Assembly (NCBI RefSeq): GCF_009914755.1
Contig: NC_060944.1
From: the human T2T-CHM13v2.0 reference genome, Homo sapiens
Length of the DNA: 64,000 bases
Strand: one strand, 5' to 3'
The position numbers were made by a program, and so were the translations under genes. Every line of letters begins with the position of its first letter. Position 1 is the stretch's first letter. The notes under the pieces are model-generated. The model was not told where the DNA came from, did no database searches, and saw only the letters and a list, made by a program, of their open reading frames with translations. Positions 12,529 through 26,004 of the stretch are shown here, piece by piece.

Positions 12529-13048
12529 TGTGGTAGATTGACGCCATTTCTAGTCCTATTCATGACTTTTCTCTATCCCAACCTTTTGCACCAAGACTCT
12601 GAAACTCTTCTCACCAATAATTGAAGCCCATTTCCCTCACTGTTTGAATCTGGACTGCCTTGTGACTTGTTTTTGCCAATAGAATGTGGCAGAAATAATG
12701 GGAGGTCTTTTCTAGGCTTCAAGAGACTTCATGCTTTTCCTATCTGTCATAGAAGCTTCCACAGCTACCACGTGAACCAGCCCAGGCCAGCCTGTTGGAA
12801 GTTGAGAGGCACATGGAGACTTTAGCAGCCTCAGCCAAGAACAATATAAACCAGTCTAGACCCCTAAACATGTGAGGGAGCCCAGCCAATATCAGCATAG
12901 CTGCCTCCCAACCCACAGCTGACCACAGATGCATGAGTGAGCTTGTCTAAGGCCAGCAGAACCACCTGATGCATGGAAATGCATGAGCAATGAAAGATAC
13001 TCATTGTTCTGAGTGCCTGAGTTTTGAGGTAGTTTGTTATACACTAGT
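12529..13048 (+). mobile_element. MLT1 (MLT1G-like) solo LTR
   Basis: tgtggtagattg...ccttgtgacttgtttttgccaatagaatgtggcagaa...gctgaccacagatgcatgagtgagc...ggtagtttgttata. Confidence 0.8.
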
Positions 13049-13342
13049 ATTTTACGGATACAAATATTTAAGAAAGATATTGTTTCTGGATCACTGCAAC
13101 ATCCACAGAGGTAAGCAAGTGAAGACACCAACATCCATATCATGTTTATGAAAGTACCATAGAGGAACATTGGTCATTAATGACAAATATGCAACAGATA
13201 CTAATGAGATCTGAGACAGCTATTCTAGGAATAAAGTAGGAAAACCAACAGATATGGTACTCATCCTCAGGGATCTTACAGTCTATTGGAGATGATAGAT
13301 ATTTCAAATTATTTATGTTGAAGTGAAAGGGAAAGAAAAAGA

Positions 13343-13522
13343 CAGTGGATCTCAATCCTGGCAGTACATTAGAATCATCTGGGGAAAATTAAAAATATAC
13401 CAATGATGAGTCCCATCACAAACCAATGAAATCAAAATCTTTGTGGTTGGGTTCTGAGTATCAGTGTTTTTGGATGCTCCCCAGATGATTACAATGTGTG
13501 GTGCAGATTGACAATTACTGGT
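13343..13522. mobile_element. MER5B
   Basis: cagtggatctcaatcctggc...cattagaatcatctgggg...ctccccagatgattacaatgtg. Confidence 0.8.
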
Positions 13523-13524
13523 CT

Positions 13525-13716
13525 GCAGTGCTTTTCCAAGAGCAGTCGTAGACCACCAGCAGCATCAATCAGGAGCTTGTTGGAAAATGAGAATCTCAGA
13601 TCCCACTTCTGAATTGCTGAGTCAGAATCTATAGATGAAACATGGGAGTGGCAACCTATATTCTGACAAATTATTTGTGTGATTCTTATGCAAGCTAATG
13701 TTTGAGAAGCACTGGT
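13525..13716. mobile_element. MER5A, directly adjacent to the preceding MER5B
   Basis: accagcagcatca...ggagcttgtt...ctgagtcagaatct...tttgagaagcactgg. Confidence 0.8.
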
Positions 13717-13769
13717 CTTTGTTTGGGGGCAGCCAAAATTGACATCAACTATTGATTATTTGGTACAAT

Positions 13770-14258
13770 TGATGCAGGTCAGGCAAGCCCCCAAATTGGG
13801 GCTTAGCCCAGGACGGTTCATGGCTTTGTCCAGAAAAGAATTCAAGGCTGAGCTGTTGGTGTTAAACAACTTTTATTGAAGCAGTTGGGTACAGCAGCAG
13901 CAGAGGAGCCGTTCTCTCTTCGGCAGCTCTACCCCACAGACACTGTGCCCAGAGCAGCAGCTCAGAGGCAGTTCTGCACTCATATTCATATGCACTTTTG
14001 ATGATATGCAAGTTAAAGGGCAGTTTATGCAGAAATTCCTAGGATGAAGGTGCTAACTTCCAGGTTGTCAGGTCATTGCCATGGAAGGAAAGGGGTGGTA
14101 ACTCCTGGTGTTGCCATGGCAACAGTAAACTGGCATGGAACACTTGAGGAGTGTGCCATGTCTTTTGAAGAGGTGCTTACCCCCCTCACCTGTTTTAGCC
14201 AGTCCTCAATTTGGTACTCTATCTGAGTCCCACCTCCAGTGTTGTGCCTCCTACCTCA
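13770..14258 (-). mobile_element. ERV1 solo LTR (MER66-like)
   Basis: TG...CA termini; perfect 4-bp target-site duplication (TSD) CAAT at 13766-13769 and 14259-14262; the minus strand starts tgaggtaggaggc. Confidence 0.85.
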
Positions 14259-14661
14259 CAATCACCAACACACTCACACACACAAGTACTCCTAAGAATA
14301 AAGTAAATTGTCAGCATTGTTTTCCTAGGCACAAAGGTGAGGCATATGTGTATTGAGTGTTCAGTAATTAATATGAGTGAGTTATACAACAAACTCATAT
14401 GATACTTATTTTAACCTTGCTCATGATTTGAGTGTTCTGTTAGCCACTCTGTTTAAATTCTCTAGAAATTGTTCTCCACAAATACCAGAATTTACAACTT
14501 TATTTTAAGACAGGAGTCTAATGGTGCCATGTCTACCAGCATTTCCTCTCTTCTATAGTTTCCATCTCAATTTGTAATATAATATTTTAAGAGTTGTCCT
14601 CATTTCTGGATGGGCTTAGAGGCTAATCCAGATTTAGTTACCTTTGAAAGGGTCACTCTCC

Positions 14662-14800
14662 ATCAAATTAAGGAGATCATATTCCAGATTTTCCTGGGAC
14701 AGTCCTAGTTTATGCCTGTTCCCTGGGCATAATTATTAATAGCATCTCCTTTCACTCTCTGAAATGTCCCAGTTTAGACAATATATTATTGATTACCTTA
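14662..14800. mobile_element. MER94-like hAT-Blackjack MITE
   Basis: cctgggacagtcctagtttatgcctgtt...ataattattaatagc...cctttcactctc...tgtcccagtttagaca. Confidence 0.7.
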
Positions 14801-16224
14801 CCTAATATTAATAACTGCATTATCTTTTGGAAGAAGTAATTTTTGCCTTTTTAAATAAAACTATAAATTGCTATTAGATGTAAACATTTCTTGGGGGGCA
14901 GGGCCAAGATGGCCTACTAAAAACAGCGGTGTTCGTTGGCTCCATCGGAAAAAAAACATAATAAGCATGTGAATCCTTCACCAGCAACAAAGGCATACAG
15001 GTTCTCTCATCAGAACTGACTAGGAGGCTGGCGTGACCCACAGGATGAAGCAACAACAGTGTGGTACAGTGGCCAACCTGAGAGCTACATGGGGGACGGG
15101 GAACCTCCTCCCCCCAGCCAAGGGAAGTGGTGAGAGAGCGTGCTACCCAGCTGAGGAAACTGTGCTTTTTCCACAGAACTCTGCAACTCACGGATCAGAA
15201 GATCTCACTCGCGAATCCATGCCACTGGGGACTAGCGTCCCAACTCCAGAATGCACAGACTCTTAACAGCCGCTCAGCTGGAATCTGCTTAAGCCTATGG
15301 AACTCCCACAGGGAGAGACAACCAGCACCGCACTTCGGCTGCCTGCTGTCTAAGCACTTTGAGCTCCTTGGGGGAGGGGCAGCAGCCAGCACTAGGACTG
15401 GCAACCGCCAAACACGCTAAGCTCCCTAGGTGGGGGAAGGGCGGCACCCATCTCTATAGCCCCAGGCTGTGCTTTTCCCCTGCTGGAGCCAGAGAGGCTG
15501 GATTCCTTGGTCCTAAGACTTGTCCCCCACAGCCCAACACTGCAGCTGTGGCAGTCTGTGGCCAGAGTGCCTCTTCAGGCTTAACCCTGACCCATCCTTC
15601 CTCATTGGGCAGGGCTTCCCTGCAGGAACTCCAATAACTCCAGCCAGAGAGGTTCAGGGACAGAATCTGGATCTCCCTGGGCCCGAGCCCTTAGGGGGAG
15701 GGGTGGCCACAGTCTCTATGGAGCAGCAGACTTAGCCTCTCATCCTGGTAGTTCTGAGAAATCCAGGCAGCACAGATAAGTGTGTTTCTCCCCAGTGAAT
15801 CATACCCTCTCCACTAAAGGACAAAGTTCTTCATTAAACAGGTCCTGTTCCCTGTGCTACCCAACTGGGTGAGACCCACCAATCGGAGTTGTCAGACACC
15901 CTATACAGGAGCAATCCTGCTGGCATCAGGTTGGTGCCCCTCTAGGTCAAAGATGCCAGAAGAAGGAGCAGGCACCCATCATTGCTGTTTTCCAGCCTCC
16001 TTGAGTGACATCTCTAGGCACAGGAGCAAATCAGATTAATAGGGCCTGAACTGAACCCCCAGTAAACTACAGCAGCCCTACAGAAGAGGGAACTGACCAC
16101 TGGGGGGAAAAAAAAAAACAGAAAGCAACAACAGGAGCATCAACCACAACAACAACAACAAAAAGCCCCCACAAAAACCCCATTCACGGGTCAGCAGCCT
16201 CAAAGACTGAAACTAGACAAACTC

Positions 16225-17253
16225 ATGAAGATGAGAAAGAATCAACAAAAGAATGCTGAAAACCCAGAAGGCCAGAGTGCCTCTTCTCTTGTAAATGATC
16301 ACAACATTTCTCCACCAAGGGCACAGAACAGGATGGAGGATGAGATGGATGCATTGACAAAAGTAGGCTTCAGAAGATGGGTAATAAAAAACTACACAGA
16401 GCTAAAGGAACATATCCTAACCCCATGCAAATAAACTAAGAACATTGATTAAAAAGTTCAAGGAATTGCTAACTAGAATAACCAGTTTAGAGAGCAACAT
16501 AAACCAGCTGACAGAGCTGAAAAACACAGCACGAGAACTTTGTGAAGCATACACAAGTATCAATAGCTGAATCGACCAAGAGGAAGAAAGGATATCAGAG
16601 TTTGAAGACCACTTTGCTGAAATAAGGCATGCAGACAAAACTAGAGAAAAAAAAGAATGAAAAGGAATGAACAAAGCCTCCAAGAAATACAGGACTCCAT
16701 AAAAAGACTGAACCTACAACTGATTGGAGTACCAGAGGAGACAGGGAGAATGGAAACAAGCTGGAAAACACAGTTCAGGATATTATCCAAGAGAACATCC
16801 CCAAACTAGCAAGAAAGGCCAAGATGCCAATTCAGGAAATACAGAGAACACCATTAAGATATTCCATGAGAAGATCAGACCGGAATGCATAATCATCAGA
16901 TTCTCCAAGGTCAAAATGAAGAACAAACAGTTAAAGCCAGCCAGAGAGTAAGGCCAGGTCACCTACTAAGGGAAGCCCATCAGACTAACAGCAGATATCT
17001 CAGGAGAAACTGTACAAGCCAGAAGAGATTGGGGGCCAATATTAACATTCTTAAAAAAAAAATTTTCAACCTAGAATTTTATATACAGCCAAACTAAGCT
17101 TCATAAGTGAAGGAGAAATAAAATCCTTTCAGACAAGCAAATGCTGAGTGATTTTGTTACCATCAGGCCTGCCTTACAAGAGCTCCTGAAAAAAACACTA
17201 AATATGGAAAGGAAAAGTTGGTACCAGTCACTGCAAAACACACCAAAATATAA
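16225..17253 (+). pseudogene. Disabled L1 ORF1p
   Basis: N-terminus MKMRKNQQKNAENPEGQSASS...; several stops and frameshifts; stop context ccaaaatataaagacc. Confidence 0.9.
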
Positions 17254-17316
17254 AGACCAATGACACTATGAAGAAACTGCATCAACTAGTGTGCAGAATG
17301 ATGAGATAGCATCATG

Positions 17317-19345
17317 ATGACAGGATCAAATTCACACATAATAATAATAACCTTAAATGTAAATGGGCTAAATGCCCAAAGTAAAAGACATAGACTGGCA
17401 AATTGGATAAAGATTCAAGACCCATCAGTGTGCTATATCCAGGAGAACCATCTCATGTGCAAAGACACACACATTGGCTCAAAATAAAGGGTTGGAGGAA
17501 AATTTACCAAGAAAATGGAAAGCAAAAAAAAAAAAAAAAAAAAGCAGGGGTTGCAATCCTAATCTCAAATAAAACAGACTTTAAACCAACAAAGATCAAA
17601 ATAGACGAAAAAGGGTATTACATAATGGTAAAGGGAAAAATTCAACAACAAGAGCTCACTATCCTAAGTATATATGCACCCAATACAGGAGCACCCAGAT
17701 TCATAAAACAAGTTCTTAAAACTAAGAAGAGACTTAGACTCTCATACAATAATGGTGGGAGACTTTAACACCCCACTGTCAATATTAGACAGATGAAGGA
17801 GACAGAAAATTAACAAGGATATTCAGGGCTTGAACTCAGCTCTGGATCAAGTGGATCCAGTAGACGCCTACAGAACTCTCTACCCAAAATCAACAGAATA
17901 TACATTTTTCTCAATGCCACATGGCACTTATTCTAAAGTGGAACACATAATTGGAAGTAAAACACTCCTCAGCAAATGCAAAAGAATGGAAATCATAACA
18001 GTCTGTCAGACCACAGTGCAATCAAATTAGAACTCAGGATTAAGAAACTCACTCAAAACCACACAATTACATGGAAATTGAACAACCTGCTCCTGAATGA
18101 ATCTGGGGTAAATAATGAAATTAAGGCAGAAATCAAGAGTTCTTAGAAACCAGTTAGAACAAACAGACAATGTACCAGAATCTCTGGGAAACAACTAAAG
18201 CAGTGTTAAGAGGAAAATTTATAGCACTACTTGCTCACACCTGAAAGCTAGATTGATCTCAAATTGACACCCTAGCATCACAAAACAGCTAGAGAAGCAA
18301 GAGTAAACTAATCCAAAAGCTAGCAAAAGACAAGAAGTAATTAAGATTAAAGCAAAATTGAAGGAGATAGAGACATGAAAAACCCACCAAAAAATCAATG
18401 AATCCAGGAGCTGATTTTTTGAAAAATTAACAAAATAGGTAGGCCACTATCTAGACTAATAAGGAATAAGAGAGAGAAGAATCAAATAGACACAATAAAA
18501 AATGATAAAGGGGATATTACTACTGACCACATAGAAATAAAAACTACCTTTAGAGAATCCTATAAACACCTCTACGCAAATAAACTAGAAAATATAGAAT
18601 CTATGGATAAATTCCTGGACACATACACCCTCCCAGGACTAAACCAGGAAGAAGTCAAATCCCTGAAAAGACAAAATACAAATTCTGAAATTAAAGCAGT
18701 AATTAATAACCTACCAACCAATAAAAGCCCAGGACCAGACAGATTCACAGCTGAATTCCACCAGTTACAAAAAGGAGCTGGTACCATTCCTTCTAAAACT
18801 ATTCCAAACAATTGGAAAAAAGGGACTCCTCCCTAACTCATTTTATGTAGCCACCATCATCCTGATATCAAAGCCTGGCAGAAACACAACAAAAAAAGAA
18901 AACTTCAGGTCAATATCCCTGATGAACATCGAAGTAAAAATCAGAAAATACTGGCAAACCAAATCTAGCAGCACATCAAAAAATTTATCCACCACAATCA
19001 AGTAGGCTTCATCCCTGGGATGAAGGCTGGTTCAACATACACAAATCAGTAAACATAATCCATCACATGAACAGAACCAAAGACAGAAACCACATGATTA
19101 TCCCAATAGATGCAGAAAAAGGCCTTTGATATAATTCAACATCCCTTCATGTTAAAAACTCTCAATAAACTAGATATTGATGGAACATATCTCAAAATAA
19201 TAAGAGCTATTTGTAACAAACCCACAGCCACTATCATATTGAATGGGCAAAAGCTGGAAGCATTCCCTTTGAAAACCGGTATAAGACAAGGATGCCCTCT
19301 GTCACCACTCCTATCCAACATAGTATTGGAAGTTCTGGCCAGGGC
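17317..19345 (+). pseudogene. Disabled, truncated L1 ORF2p (endonuclease plus N-terminal reverse transcriptase)
   Basis: Starts MTGSNSHI; fragments [45 protein letters not shown]. Confidence 0.93.
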
Positions 19346-19656
19346 TCAGCTGGGACTGTCTGCTGAAGTATCCACACATGGCTTCTTCACTTGGCATGGC
19401 TTCTTATAGCATGCAAGATGGATCCATGAGAGAGTATTCTAAGAAGCATCCAAAGAGAAAGCATTCCAAGAAAACTGGAAGGAAGCTGCAGGGCCTTTTA
19501 CCATCTATCCTCAGAAATCATATTAGCATAACTCCCATTGCTTGATTGGTTGAGGCAGTAATAAACCCATCCAGATTTAGAAAGAGGGGGCATAGATAAG
19601 CCGTCTTGTGGGGAGAAATGTCAAGGAAGTTGGGGGCCACATTTGATAAGCACTAC
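19342..19656 (-). mobile_element. MLT1 (MLT1I/J-like) LTR, partial
   Basis: gggctcagctgggactgtc...ggaagctgcagggcctttt...cctcagaa...aatgtcaaggaa...gggccacattt. Confidence 0.7.
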
Positions 19657-20304
19657 TTCTACTGATGCCACAATCATGACGAGGTGTTTTCCTGCCTCCC
19701 TTGCTCGACACTCTCTTCCTCTTTCCTTTTTCTAGTTCCTGATGTCCTTGTAGTGTCCTTTAATTATATAATTCTCTGTAAAAAATTTCCCCCATGATCC
19801 AATATCCATGCACCCTATCTTCTACCTCTTCCCACGGAAATTCTGTTCTCTCCACTTGGATTATCCCTGCTAGGGTCTAGTGTCAATTACTTTACTGAAA
19901 TATCGCCTAAATTTTGAATGGCTGAGCAATTTAATGCATCCATGAGGGTCTCTTCATATTAGATGGAGAATGTGCTAATCCAAATGAACAATAATTAGTA
20001 GTAGGTGTAGAAATCTTTGTTAAGCTCAGAAGCCTTCCTTTACATTGTCCTGTTTTCCATGTATTTCTCATCTCTTCCCTAGACCCTACACTACCCCAAA
20101 CTAAAGGATGGGCTAAGAGCACTGTGTCATTCCATTTCAGAGAGAGATGCTACCCCTCACTGTGGCTTTCCCTGCACCACCCTAGTCCAGTTGTTATAAC
20201 TGCGTTTCCATACTTCATAGTATGTAAGATGAGTTTAACTATAAAGCTGTCTGTTTATGTACCACTTAGGAAAAACTGCTGCTAATTAACGTATAATGCA
20301 AGAT

Positions 20305-20470
20305 TTTTTATAAAGGGGCACAGGAAACTTTTGAGTATGATGGGCCTGGCCTAAATTTTGAGTGTGATGGTGGTTACAAGGGTGTATTCATTTGTCAAAA
20401 CATATGACCTAGTGCCATTTGACTATGTGGTTTATTGTATGTCATTATAGCTGAACTAACTTGAAAAAAA
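20305..20470 (+). mobile_element. L1M 3' terminal fragment
   Basis: aggggcacaggaaacttttg...tgatggtggttacaagggtgta..catttgtcaaaac. Confidence 0.6.
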
Positions 20471-21149
20471 AGTACCATGGAATACTGTAATATTGATACA
20501 CTTAAATAATGTTTTCTTAACTGCAAGGAGCATGCTTGGAAAGGAATCATGTTCAATATATTGTGTGAGATGAAACTAAGCTTTCATCCTCAGATGAAAA
20601 GCATCTCTTAAAATGCTTTAATTTTAAAGCCATCTGTCACTCTAAAGACACCCTTGGCTAACAGGCTCGCTGACAACCATTCTCTTCCACTTTGGAGGAA
20701 CACTGAAGTGGGCCAATAAAACCTGGGTTTTCCAAGGTGATAGTTGTGGATGAACGTGAGCTAACTACCTCCTGTTATCTCCTCTAGCAGTTCTGACTGA
20801 GGTTTGTTCATATTCTACTGATGCTTATTTCCCCTCCTTGCCCCATCTGAGCAGTTTCTCTGTTGACAACTGCTCAGTGGATCAGGCGGAGTGAGGGTAT
20901 AACTACTTGTCAAGGTGTCAGACACTTCCATCAAGATTCAAACTCCTGACCATAAGTAACAAAGGGGCTTACAATTTCAAAAAACAACAATATTAAATAA
21001 AACACGAAATAGATACAGCTACCACTCCCGACCAACTATATATGATGCTTAGCATCCCCAAACTAATGCTCACTTATAAATACAGCAAGTGTCCCAAACA
21101 CTTAAAGACCAGCCACACTCTTTTATAAAAAAGACTTTTATGTTTTAAA

Positions 21150-22430
21150 TATTTGTTTACAGTTTATTTTTGAGTTAAAATATACATACAGTAAAGATTC
21201 AAAAACATAAGTGTACAATTTATTCAGTTATGACAAATGATAACATCCATATTAACCATACTCCAGTAGATATATGGCCATTTTCTATGGTATAATTTTT
21301 AAATTATATTTTAAATGATTGTTGCTGGTATATAAAAGTGCAGTTGGCTTTTGATATTGATTTGGTAACCAACAATAATGCCAAACTCTCTTATTTATTC
21401 TAAAACTGGCCCTTAAACTTTTAAATTTTCTAGGTAGGCATTTATAATATACTATCTTTAGATAATGACACTTTAAAAAAATTCCAAGTCCTCATTTTTT
21501 AATCTACTTCTCTGATATAATTACAACATCAAAGACATATAATACAGTGAGAAACAGATGTAGTGATAATGAGCCTCTTTTTTTCAGAAATTGATCTTTA
21601 AAATTTTCACCATTAAGCATAATGTTTGCCATAATTTTTAAAGATATTGTTTATCTGGTTAAGTAAATCATTGTTTTTCCTATTATTGCTAAAGATATCT
21701 GTATATGTATATTTACATATATATATTTAGCCACAAGTGAATGCTAATTTTATCCAAACACTCTTTTTCATATCTATTTAGATAATCATATAGGTTTTTT
21801 CTTTTAATATGTTAATAAAGTAGATAATATAATCTTACTTTCTAATGTTAAACTAATTGTATTCCTGGGATAAAACCAACTTAACCAAAAATTATTTACT
21901 TTTTTTTTTTTTTTTGAGACAGAGTCTCACTCTGTTGCCCAGGCTAGAGTGCAATGGCATAACCTTGGCTCACTGCAATATCCGCCTCCCAGGGTTAAGC
22001 AATTCTCCTCCCAAGGAGCTGTGATTACAGACATGCGCCACCACACCCGGCTAGTTTTTGTATTTTTAGTAGAGATGGGGTTTCACCATGTTGGCCAGGC
22101 TGGTCTCAAACTCCTGACCTCAAGTGATCTGCCTACCTCAATCTCCCAAAGTGTTGAGATTACAGGCGTAAGCCACCACGCTTAGCCTAAAAAAAGTTTA
22201 CTTTTAATGTATTATAGAATTTGATTTGACAGATACTATTTAATATTTTTATATCTGTGTTTATAAGTGACACTAGACAGTAAGTTTAATACTCTCCTTG
22301 TCTGATTTTGATATTGACATTTCCCTAATCTCAAAAAATCAGCTGTGAGATGTTTCCTCTTTTTCTGTATTCTGAGAGTTTTTGTAAGATTGGAGTTAGC
22401 CATTTATAAAATTTTTGGTAAAACTTGTTA
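21150..22430 (-). mobile_element. Old L1M fragments interrupted by an Alu
   Basis: ttttcaccattaagcataatgtttgc; attcctgggataaaaccaactt; degenerate antisense ORF2. Confidence 0.65.
21898..22187 (-). mobile_element. AluS (Sx/Sz-like)
   Basis: Dimeric Alu with poly-T; TSD-like aaaa..tttact on both sides. Confidence 0.92.
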
Positions 22431-22459
22431 TTTAGTATTTGATAAAATAAGGATAGATT

Positions 22460-22975
22460 ACTTTTTAAATAACAGTTTTAGATTAACAGAAAACTTGAAA
22501 AGATAGTCAGAATTGCAATGGGCTTTGCATCATTTCCCTTATTATTAACAGGTTATATTAATATGGCATATTTGTCACAACTAATGAACCTATATTGACC
22601 CATATTATTAATTTAGGTTGTTAATTTATTCAGATTTCCTCAGATCTTACCTAATGTCTGTTTTCTGTTCCAGCATCTGATCTGGGAAACCACACTGCAT
22701 TTAGTTATCATGACTTATTTGGCTGTGACAAATTCCCAGACTGTCCTTCCTTGACAGTTTTGGAGAGTACAGTTCAGGTAATTTTGTAGACTATCTCCTA
22801 TTGGCATTTGTGTGGTGTTTTCCTCATGATTAGACTGGGGTTATTAGTTTTTTAGGAGAAAGAGCTTAAGGAGAAAATGTTGCATCATATGAAGGTTACA
22901 CAGTATCAACATGATTTATTCATTGTTGATGTTGACCTTGCTAACCTGGCTGAGGCAGTCTTTGTCAGGCATATT
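22460..22975 (-). mobile_element. L1MC-type 3' end
   Basis: cagttttagattaacagaaaa...ttgtcacaactaatgaacc...ctcatgattagactggggtta. Confidence 0.7.
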
Positions 22976-23002
22976 CTTTTCTTCTTTTAAAAGTAGAAGA
23001 GT

Positions 23003-23460
23003 CTTTTGCAAAGTGTGGACCATGAGTCAGAACATTCACGTCATCTGGGAGTTTGTTAGGAATGCAAAATCTCAAACTTCATCACAGATAACTGAAACAG
23101 AATATGCAGGTTTACCAGATCCTATGTGATTCATATTTTTTTTTTTAGACGGAGTCCCACTTTGTCATTCAGGCTGGAGTGCAGTGGCACAATGTTGACT
23201 CACTGCAACCTCTGACTCCTGGTTTCAAGTGATTCTCCTACCTCAACCTCCCAAGTAGCTGGAATTACAGGCATGTGTCACTACCCCCAGCTAATTTTTG
23301 TATATTTAGTAGAGACAGGGTTTCACCATGTTGGCCAGGCTGGTCTCAAATTCCTGACCTCAAGCCATTCACCTGCCTTGGCCTCCCAAAGTGGTGGGAT
23401 TACAGGAGTGAGCCACTGTGCTCAGTCTCATATTCTTTTTAACATTTGAAAGAACTGCTT
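23003..23460. mobile_element. MER5A split by an Alu
   Basis: caaagtgtggacc...catctgggagtttgttaggaatgcaaaatctca [Alu] ...tttgaaagaactgct. Confidence 0.7.
23136..23428 (-). mobile_element. AluS
   Basis: Dimeric Alu; TSD tcatatt on both sides. Confidence 0.92.
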
Positions 23461-23616
23461 TAAGATAATCTAGAGCAGATTTTATCAAACTTTTTTTATA
23501 GAGAGCCCAATAACAAACATTTTCAGCTTTGTGAGCTATAGGTTCTTTGTCACAACTTTTCGATTCAGCCCTTTTAGGAGAAAGTATCCAAAGACAATGC
23601 ATAAATGGCATAGAGT

Positions 23617-24168
23617 TTAAGTCCTTACTTAACTTCGTCAATAAATTCTTGGAAACTATGTGTATTAGCCTGTTCTCATGCTGTTAATAAAGACATACCT
23701 GAGAGTGGGTAATTTATAAAGGGAAGAGGTTTAATTGACTCACAGTTCCACACGTCTGGGGAGACAACGAATCATGGCAGAAGGCGAACGAGGTGCAAAG
23801 GCATGTCTTACATGGTGGCAGGCAAGAGAACATGTGCAGGGTAACTGCCCTTTATAAAACCATCAGATCTCACGAGACTTATTCACTATCATGAGAACAG
23901 GATGGGGGAAACAGCCCCATGGTTCAATTCTCTCTACCTGGTCCCTCCCATGACAGGTGGGGATTATGGGAACCACAATTCAAGATGAGATTTGGGTGGG
24001 GACACAAAGTCTAACCATATCACTATGACTTTAAGTGAAACAACATACGGCAGGTCCTCAAATAACATTTCTTTTTTCAAAGCCTAATGATAAGGAAAAA
24101 ACATGTTTTTTTTATAAGTGGTTTTGCTTAAAGTTACATTTTCAAAGAACCTATTGGTGACTTACTGT
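23617..24168. mobile_element. MER6-like TcMar-Tigger MITE split by a THE1 LTR
   Basis: taagtccttacttaac...ttcttggaaact [THE1] gactttaagtgaaac...gcaggtcctcaaataac...aagaacctat...gacttactgta. Confidence 0.7.
23661..24022 (-). mobile_element. THE1 (C/D-like) solo LTR
   Basis: tgtattag...ccatatca termini; perfect 5-bp TSD CTATG at 23656-23660 and 24023-24027. Confidence 0.93.
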
Positions 24169-26004
24169 ATTTTTTTTGGAAAAACTTATAGACACTAAAA
24201 TTTGAATTTGAAATTGGAAATAAAATGAAAACTTGAAATGTGTTGTGAAATATTCTTATTACCTCTTAAAAATTTAAAAAACATTTCAAATAAAAATTTT
24301 AAAACCTTTAAAAATTATTTTAAAGCATTTATTTCAAACATTTAAAAAATTAAAAACAATTTCTGTTTTGCAGAGGCTTTGGGCTCTGCCAAAATAGGCA
24401 TCCAGTTGGAGTTGGCCCATGGGCTTAGCTAGGCCATCACTGATACAGTGGCTTTTCTTTGGATCCTGCCAGCTGCTAGCTCTACCTGATTAGTAGCTTT
24501 TAAAGATGATTTTCATGAAAAGGTAACACTGTGACTCTCATTCAGAAATATAAAGTGAACATGTATCAGATATTTTATTTAATCCATTAATTAAATGAGA
24601 AAACTGAAAAAGATGTTAAAACTGGCTCAAAGAAAAAAAAATCCAAAAACAGATATATTTCTAAATCAGGAATATTGAAAACTTAAAATGGACACAAAGT
24701 CACCTTTTTCAGAGGAAGATTTGCCTCTCTACCCTGCCTCAGACAGAATTATTTGCATGCTTATGGTCAAGAGTAATTTGCATTGCTTGTTCTCTACATG
24801 CTAACTTTGATCTCTACTGAGTTGTACAATGGCCTAGTCAAAGATATGGAGGGTATTCCATGGGACTAGATAATCCCAGGAGGCTGTAGCATTTTATTAA
24901 AAGAATATCCAGTAATCTCTTTTGCTTATTTCAAAGTGTTAAGTTTTTCTTTGTAGTTGATTGGGATATTTTCCTCTCCCCACTCCCTTAAGAAAAAAAT
25001 AGATGAGGAAATTGATGGCTCACCTTACTAAATGACTCACCTAACTTCATGCCAGAGCTACTCATAGGCAACCTCAATGCAAAGAAGGCTCTCCTTTGGG
25101 TCTTTCTAATTGGGAGGATTCATCTGACAGATTAGACTCTTTAAATAGAGACAATGATGGGCCATTTCAAAGACACCAAAATGTTTTCTACAGCTTCAAG
25201 CACTCATTTATCACTTATTTACTTACTAATAGGAACAAATTACATTGTTGTGTTTTTTTTTTTTTCCTTTGGCACAACATGGGGACCAGGAACCTTGTTC
25301 TCAGTGTGGCTGTGCCATGGAACCCTCTGCAAGGAACTTTTTGAATGGCAATTTCCTCCTGCCAGACATGAGGAATTGAAGCAATTTTTGAAATAAAGCA
25401 ATCTATGGGCCTTCTAAAATTATATCTCCCCACTATGATCCATAAAACTGGACCCTTATGTTTTGGAAGGAGTCTTAGAAATCAACTAGTTGACTATGTT
25501 TGCACCATGTCTTCATTATGCTTAGTTGTGACTACTCTTATCCTTCCTCTAGTTCTTCCTATGCAGTTCCACTTGAAGTGCTTATGAGGTGATAGGTTAA
25601 AAAGTCTGGATGTCTTTGACTTCTCCAGTCTCTGGAGTAAGAGTCCACCCATCCAAATACTAACTTACAGTTGAAAATAAACTTTGGTCTACTCTAGCTG
25701 ATCACATTTAAATGATTAATTTTGTTAAATTTTCATATTGATAATCTCTACTTTTCACAATAATAGAAGTGCATTGATGATGTAATTAGTATATTATTTT
25801 ATTTCAATCTATCAATATCTCTATCAATTCAGCTGCTTTAACAAAGGAACCTCTTTCTTTGAGTAATAACATCAATTACCGACCTAAAAACAGAATTTGG
25901 AGCTAATAATGGGAAGTATAGGAAGAATTCCAAGTTTACTCTTGTTCTCTTTCTCTCCTTGACTCCACATACACATTACTTTTTCAGGCATCAATATTAC
26001 CTCA

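Larger units (their letters stand above)
14893..19345 (+). mobile_element. L1PA10-13-like LINE-1, 5'-intact and 3'-deleted
   Basis: Starts gggggcagggccaagatggcc; full 5'UTR, ORF1, then ORF2 up to gaagttctggccagggc, where it switches abruptly to MLT1. Confidence 0.95.
23474..24442. mobile_element. MER58B (outer layer of a nested stack)
   Basis: Left part aaacattttcagctttgtgagc...gtcacaact; right part gacactaaaatttgaattt...ttggcccatgggc..tag. Confidence 0.65.

Noticed and set aside
16225-19409. L1 ORF1/ORF2 pieces as an active retroelement or novel reverse-transcriptase system
   Set aside because: Multiple stops and frameshifts and a truncated RT domain; a standard dead LINE-1.
24525-24700. 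Possible ancient LTR (LTR37-like) fragment
   Set aside because: The resemblance is from memory only and too weak to set boundaries or family.
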